From: Rhynchopus sp. YZ270_cl-10
Taxonomy: Eukaryota
Direction: 5' to 3'
NCBI GenBank assembly: GCA_964035575.1
Contig: OZ037845.1
Span: forward strand, 930,001 to 994,000
Length of the DNA: 64,000 nt
Shown: positions 58,278 through 64,000 of the stretch, one piece after another
How positions within the stretch are numbered: position 1 is the stretch's first letter
How the letters are laid out: the number at the start of each line of letters is the position of its first letter
The notes under the pieces: model-generated
What the model was told of the DNA's origin: nothing
The model's database searches: none
The model's input: only the letters and a program-made list of their open reading frames with translations
Position numbers and translations under genes: made by a program

Positions 58278-60270
58278 TTATCTCACTTGTGTAATAATGT
58301 TTAGCCGCGTTTTCGAAATTCCTTCCTGGAGATTACACAAAATACAGTAGACATTATCTCCGCACACAAAGAACAAAACAAAACCCATGCCGAGAGTAGG
58401 CGCAAAAGCAATATGGAGGAGATCTGCGCATGCAACCAAAAGGGTTGCAGTCATAGGACTTCGAGGAACTGTTCACCATACCCAACCTTGACGCCCCGTA
58501 CTAGGTGGTCATACATCATTTGTCAAATATACTGTAAGAATTTCGAAAACGCAGCACAACATTATTGCCCGTGAGATAATAACTATTTATTCGAGTGAAA
58601 TAAGAACTATTTTATTTCACGCGCCACTAAAAAGGTGCCCGAGTGCGTTATTTCCCGAGCGAAGCGAGGGGAATAAGAGTGAGAGTCACGAGGGTGCCTT
58701 TTTAGTGGCAAGTGCAAGAAAATGTTCTTATTTCACTCAATATGTAATTTTATTCCACAAGTGAAAAACGTATTTATAGGTGTAAACAGTGGAACGTTGA
58801 GCCCACGCTCCACCCCTCACACCACCACACTTCAAATTACAGATTATTTATTGCCTCTTACACACATGCCTAAACCCACGCGCAAGTTTGCGGAGATGGA
58901 GGATGCATATGACAACTTGTTCGACGACATGAACAGTGGTGTGCAGTACAGGAAAACATGGGACGATTTCCTCCGTTTCAACAGACTTTCAGGAGCGAAC
59001 GAGCCCAGGGAAGAACACGTCGTGTCCTTCAGATCACTCCGTGATCTTTTATTTCACTCCCCCACCCAATCCTTCACGATTTGCGTGAAATAAAACGTGA
59101 AATAAAACGAATCTTATTTCACTCACTTTTTCACCTGTTTACGTTTTTCACGCGTGGTATAAAATTACGTATCGAAAACTAAAGTGAACATTATTTAACT
59201 GATGGGTGATTCACAAACTGGAATACGTGATACCCACTCGCTATCGCTCGTGACATCACTTTTATGATTACACTCACTTCACTCATGAAATCAAAATGCT
59301 GAACTCCACTCGCTTCGTGAAGTTGAGCCCCAGTTTGAGTCACCCACCACCTCGTGAAATAATGTTCACTTTATTTCATGAGATAATAATTATCTAACTC
59401 AGTGAAATAAAACTCGTGTAATTTTGCAGATTATATGCCCTTTGTGTCACTCAATTGTAACCGAGAATGTAAGGCAGTGAGTATTTGATCTGCCCTTTAT
59501 GTCGCGAAATACTATGTTTGGTGTTTTGACGTCTTCCAAGCAGATGGATATTCCCTCACTTGCACGCAATCTACCGAGGAACCGACTGCCTTTCTCAAAA
59601 GCCAGTACATGTCGGGGTGTCGAGGTCCGTGTCAATACAAAGCGGACCAAGTCGCTCGAGGTTTGAAAACCGCAAGAACTCGTCCCATTTCTTCTTGTAC
59701 ACCTCCTTGCTTCTCATACCCGCTGAGACTTGGTATCCGTAAGTGTCATACATCCTGTCCTTCTTCGTTTTGGCAGTGTTTGAGGGGAGTGATGAAAAAG
59801 TTCTTTTTTTTACTGAGTGATTTTTTTAACCAAAAGAAAACCGACGCAGGAGCTTTTCTGGAACTGTTTTATTCTCCCCACCCCAACAACATCACATTTC
59901 AGAAAAACATTGTTTTTTCGTTTTTGTTCACTTTCTTTTCTTCTCCCTCACACCTGTTTGCTGTGAATTAAATTTTTTCGTTTCGGCCTGGTCGCAAACG
60001 CGAGTTTTCCTGGAAGCGCAGGAAAAATGACTGGGGAGTGTTGGTGGCTCCGTGACGCCACAGAGCCGGCACACTCGTTGAGTGCCTCACAAAACCTCAA
60101 ATTTATTCCGCTTTGATTTCATTTATTGTCTTCACGCTTTATCGTTGTTGTTGGGTTGGGAAATAATATTTCATTCTCCCATACATTCTCGGTTACAATT
60201 GAGTGACAAAGGGCACATTATCACCCACCTTTGTGGGAATTCACAAAATTACACGAGTTTTATCCCCTTT
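58278..60270. mobile_element. Cluster of Crypton-like (tyrosine recombinase) non-autonomous remnants with hairpins and inverted repeats
   Basis: Homologous peptides MNSGVQYRKTWDDFLRF (+, 58866-59093) and MRSKEVYKKKWDEFLRF (-, 59753-59595); hairpin 58623-58709 around GAGCGAAGCGAG; inverted repeats 58293/58566 and 59431-59471/60182-60220. Confidence 0.5.
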
Positions 60271-60517
60271 TTTTACCACATTAACCTCACCTTTCCCGAT
60301 AACTGCGTTTCTACACCATACATTTCATTCATTAATCACACTCCACATTTACACTCATCACAGGATCGTGAAATCTGAACTGCATCTGCGATTGTGATGA
60401 GAAGCCTCGCCGCGTCTCCGACATTCAGCAACTCAAAATCCAAAGAGTATCACCCGCATCAATCCATTCTGAGTTTGCGGACTAAGATCTGGGGTGGAAG
60501 GGGGATGGGTACACTTT

Positions 60518-61300
60518 GTCAGTCACTGCTATTGCCATTTAACCCAGGGAGCATAGCTAGTGCAAGAAATTCGACTTTGGAAACCTTCCGGAAAGTCTGT
60601 CCTCTGCTTGCGGAGGACGAGGCACAAGAAAATATTGCGTTCCCCCAGAAAACCAGTGCACATTTCACACTCCTTGTGGGTGGTCTTGTTGCCTTTTTGT
60701 CACAGTAATTTTGGCCCAGGCATGCTCTTGAAGCATGACAATTTAGTGTGTATGGGGCAGGGTGTTGTTTTGTTCTGAATTCTCTTTGTTATAACATCTA
60801 AGTCAATCGCGGGTGGTGGTTTGTGTAGCGTGAGGCACTCTTTTTAACAAACTTCCTGCGGCTGCTAAAGCGTTATTTCTTCGGATTTAACAACGTACAG
60901 CGTAACATAGTGGATTCGCCTGGTCGACACAACCTTTGATAGATATGGGATAACCAACCCCCTTCGACCCCTCGTGGGTTCACTAAACAAGCCCTCGTGG
61001 TAGTTAAACGCGATTGACATTTACATTCCTAGAGATGAAAGAACAAGACAACACTTCTGTACCCGCGCATCAAAATTGTGGAAAACTTTGCACCCCAAAC
61101 ACCCTCAACAACGCCCGCCAAAAGGCGCCCCTTGTTGCTGGGAGTTGGTTCTCATGTTTGATACCTGCACAGCGGGCATTCCTCTGAGTCCAACGCATGT
61201 TTGGCCTGTCTGCGGCGTTGTACTTCAGGTGCACGAAGACAGGGTCTGGTGGTAAATTTTGCGTAGTGTCGCATTCCCTCATGTGTGGGTCACTCACACT
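60518..61300 (-). pseudogene. Degenerate piggyBac-like transposase relic (copy 2)
   Basis: In order on the minus strand: PVFVHLKY..RCAGI..NQLP, KGCVDQAN, then Cys-rich RAC..YC..KTTHKECEMC..FLC..ISC; many frameshifts. Confidence 0.55.
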
Positions 61301-61744
61301 TGGCGGTCATGTGCCACTGCGTGGGTCTGGGAATTTGGGTACCTGGGTACAGGAAATTTGTTGTGGAAGACATCAACCACCATGCATTGAGGAGGGTAAG
61401 ACAGTGTTCGCAGTTTCTACCTGATAGCATTACAACATTTAACTTCTCCACGGGGGTCTTGGGCCGTTCACTCGGTTCTACCTTGACTACCGGAAGATAT
61501 TCTTGAGGCCTTTCTGGTCTCTAGAATATCCGGTCTTCCCGAACGGAGGCACACTTTGTGTGTTACTACGACCTGGCAATTTCCAGCAGTAGGTTAAGTA
61601 ATCTTTCTTGTAAATTGTTGGATCATTATCTCCTCAGTGCATGAATGCCCCACGTGACTGGACACTTTTGTGTTTGTCATGTGGAGCTGTGGTTGCTCTT
61701 TCACGACTTTTTTCCTGTTCCTGGGTACCTGTTCCTGGACCTGG

Positions 61745-62087
61745 ACCTGGGTACCTGGTCACCTGGGTACCTGGGTACCTGGGTACCTGGGTACCTGGGT
61801 ACCTGGGTACCTGGGTACCTGGGTACCTGGGTACCTGGGTACCTGGGTACCTGGGTACCTGGGTACCTGGGTACCTGGGTACCTGGGTACCTGGGTACCT
61901 GGGTACCTGGGTACCTGGGTACCTGGGTACCTGGGTACCTGGGTACCTGGGTACCTGGGTACCTGGGTACCTGGGTACCTGGGTACCTGGGTACCTGGGT
62001 ACCTGGGTACCTGGGTACCTGGGTACCTGGGTACCTGGGTACCTGGGTACCTGGGTACCTGGGTACCTGGGTACCTGGGCACCTGGG
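61745..62087. repeat. 8-bp microsatellite (GTACCTGG)n, ~43 units
   Basis: Directly visible. Confidence 0.98.
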
Positions 62088-62791
62088 TGTGCCTGTCGGA
62101 CCCCAGGGTCCGGCAGTCGGACTCAGGGGTCCGACTGTGAGTCCGACAGTCGGACCCCTGAGTCCGACTGTCGGACTCAGGGGGTCCGACTGTCGGACCC
62201 CCTCGGACTCCGACAAAAGGGTCCGACATTTCCAGGACAGACTGCACCGTGCAAGCAAAAAAAAAAAAAAAAAAACGGTAACTTAAGTTAACTTACGTGA
62301 CTTAAGTTGGTAACTTAAGCTGTTTTTTAAAAATAAAAACTTAAGTTACGTTTTTTTTCTAAAAAAACTTAAGTTTTTTTTTCGAAAACCTAAGTTTTTT
62401 AATTTAAGTTTTTTTTTTTAGTAGCTTAAGTCGCCTAAATTTTCCGGAGGATTTCGGAGAAAACTTAAGTTTTTTTTTTAACTTAAGTTACACAGCCATG
62501 ATAGATCTCAGATATTTGCCTTTTTTTTTTTTTACTCGTGCAAAACTGTGTAATGAACTAATCTCTGTCGAACACAACTAGAATGGTGGGTTTGTGTGTT
62601 ATTTATGTCTGAGTGTGGTGTTGGTACGATGGATAAGGAGGAATACAAAGAAAAACATGGGTGGGTGGTAACTATTTTTTTTTTCTGCTGTAGTTTTTTT
62701 TTTAACCCACCAACGCCAGAGAGTTGACAGACATAAGTACCCAGGTTTTAAGTGGAGACGTAATTTGCGAGACCTGAGAGATCACCCGAAC

Positions 62792-63738
62792 CTAATGCCT
62801 GCCCCTGCCTCCTCCTCCTCCGCCTCCTCCGCCTCCTCTTCCTCCTCCGCCTCCTCCTCCGCCTCCTCTTCCTCCTCCTCTTCCTCCTCCGCCTCCTCCT
62901 CCTCCTCCTCCTCCTCCTCTTCTTCTTCTTCTTCTTCTTCTTCTTCTTCTTCTTCTTCCTCCTCCGTCTCCTCCACCTCCCGCTTCTGACCCTCCTCCAC
63001 TCACTGCACACGAAGTTAGAGATGGAGGTTGGACTGTGGACAAATCCACAGACGTGTCACTTGGTGCCTGTTCTCCTTCCGGTGGTGATGCAGGGGGCGT
63101 CACATTCTTCACCCACTCTTCTATCGCTTTAGAACTGATCCTGACGGTAGTGCTGTCTTCTTTCAACATGTCCACAGATGTCACCACCTCTCCCTTCGGT
63201 GTCAGCAGGCTCTTGTTTAATACACAGTGCAGGAAGTGGGAATGTAATACTCGTCTATGAGGTTTGCGGGTGAATGTGACAGTCTTCCCATGATGTGGAC
63301 CACCTATAACAACAAACTTTGTCATTGTATCGTCATCTTCGACATGCAAAAACGACATTATCTTCCTGTCAAATAAAGCATGACACTTCCAGGTACTCGG
63401 AGGGTCGCTCACTCTGTACGAATCCCTCGTGCCACAAAGGAAAAGGAAATTGTTTTTTCCATAATAATCCACCCGTAAAGTTTCGGCATCCTTCTCCCGG
63501 ACAATGATGTGTGCTTTAGAGATCTCTTCCTTCACACCGCACACTTCGCATGGAGTCACAGCTACGGACCTCCATGCCGTTATCTGACTTGCTTTCTTGC
63601 TGGCAGTGCGATCTTCGTTAAATATAGTGGGATCTGTCCCAACTACATTCCCTAGTGCAGCTTCCATCGCCAACACCTTCTCCCTCTGCGCATCCTTCAA
63701 CGTCTCGCGCGCCGTCTCCAGCTGCCTCTGCACGCTCT
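62792..63738 (-). CDS. HNH-endonuclease-like protein (last exon; the gene probably starts beyond the window)
   Basis: CEVCG...SKAHII...NNFLFLCGT...KCHALFD after a coiled coil; ttacag| acceptor at 63738; low-complexity tail. Confidence 0.7.
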
Positions 63739-64000
63739 GTAAGTGTGTGGAAAGTGAATGTGCAAAACCAGAAAACAACAAAATAACAACAAAGTTGCAC
63801 CACACTGTGCATCTCCAGTGCCGACTTTGCAACCCCAACACACACATGTTGCGAATGGGTCATGCTACAAAAATAAAATAAAAATGGGTGCGGAAAGCAA
63901 GTAGACCACTCGCCGTACCTCCAAAAGGTCCGAGGTTCCCTACGCCACACAGACAGTACAACCACATGTAATGACTCAACTCAAAGGTTAAGTGAATAGA

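Larger units (their letters stand above)
56905..62251. mobile_element. Nested CAC...GTG TIR element, probable 2-bp TSD (CA)
   Basis: TIR CACGGTGC(G/A)GTCTGTC; GTCCGAC.GTCGGAC palindromes at 56955-57080 and 62094-62228; CA on both sides. Confidence 0.8.
55558..62500. mobile_element. Outer TIR element with 6-bp TSD ATAGAT, hosting nested insertions
   Basis: TIR CATGGCTGTGT(C/A)ACTTA(G/A)G; ATAGAT at 55552-55557 and 62501-62506; ACTTAAGT palindromes in both ends; inner arms CG(T)nGCTTG and CAAGC(A)nCG. Confidence 0.9.

Noticed and set aside
55771..62087. Telomeric repeats
   Set aside because: Internal, three different units, none TTAGGG, each embedded in a transposon.
51487..62291. Long ORFs such as (TVYCVLC)n, (SAKS)n, (GTGYWVL)n, (PGYLGTWV)n
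   Set aside because: Stop-free translations of tandem repeats in several frames; no coding evidence.

Overview
Eukaryotic nuclear DNA, most likely a euglenozoan (diplonemid-like; inferred). About 15 protein genes all lie on the minus strand, some split by GTATG...AG introns: sphingosine/ceramide kinase, GST, M16 peptidase, WH2+CDC123-like ATP-grasp, SET/LSMT methyltransferase, BRCC36, a polyQ KH/ZnF/discoidin/UBL protein, two PDZ proteins, RPL17, a ~3050-aa Calx-beta-like surface protein, a pseudo-lipase, a LYR-like protein, an acylated WD40 protein and an HNH protein. A cluster of nine box C/D snoRNA genes (3.1-5.5 kb, two of them duplicated) has the GST gene inside it. The accessory DNA (28-31 kb, 45-48 kb, 51-62.5 kb) is a nest of DNA transposons. 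Three unrelated shells share CANGG ends, palindromic subterminal repeats and exact 6-bp target-site duplications (TSDs). There are also CAC-ended elements with 2-bp TSDs, a TA-flanked MITE, Crypton-like and Penelope-like remnants, one piggyBac-like transposase relic carried by two different shells, and GTAC-core microsatellites expanded from seeds at fixed element positions. All calls come from reading the sequence by eye; no searches were run.
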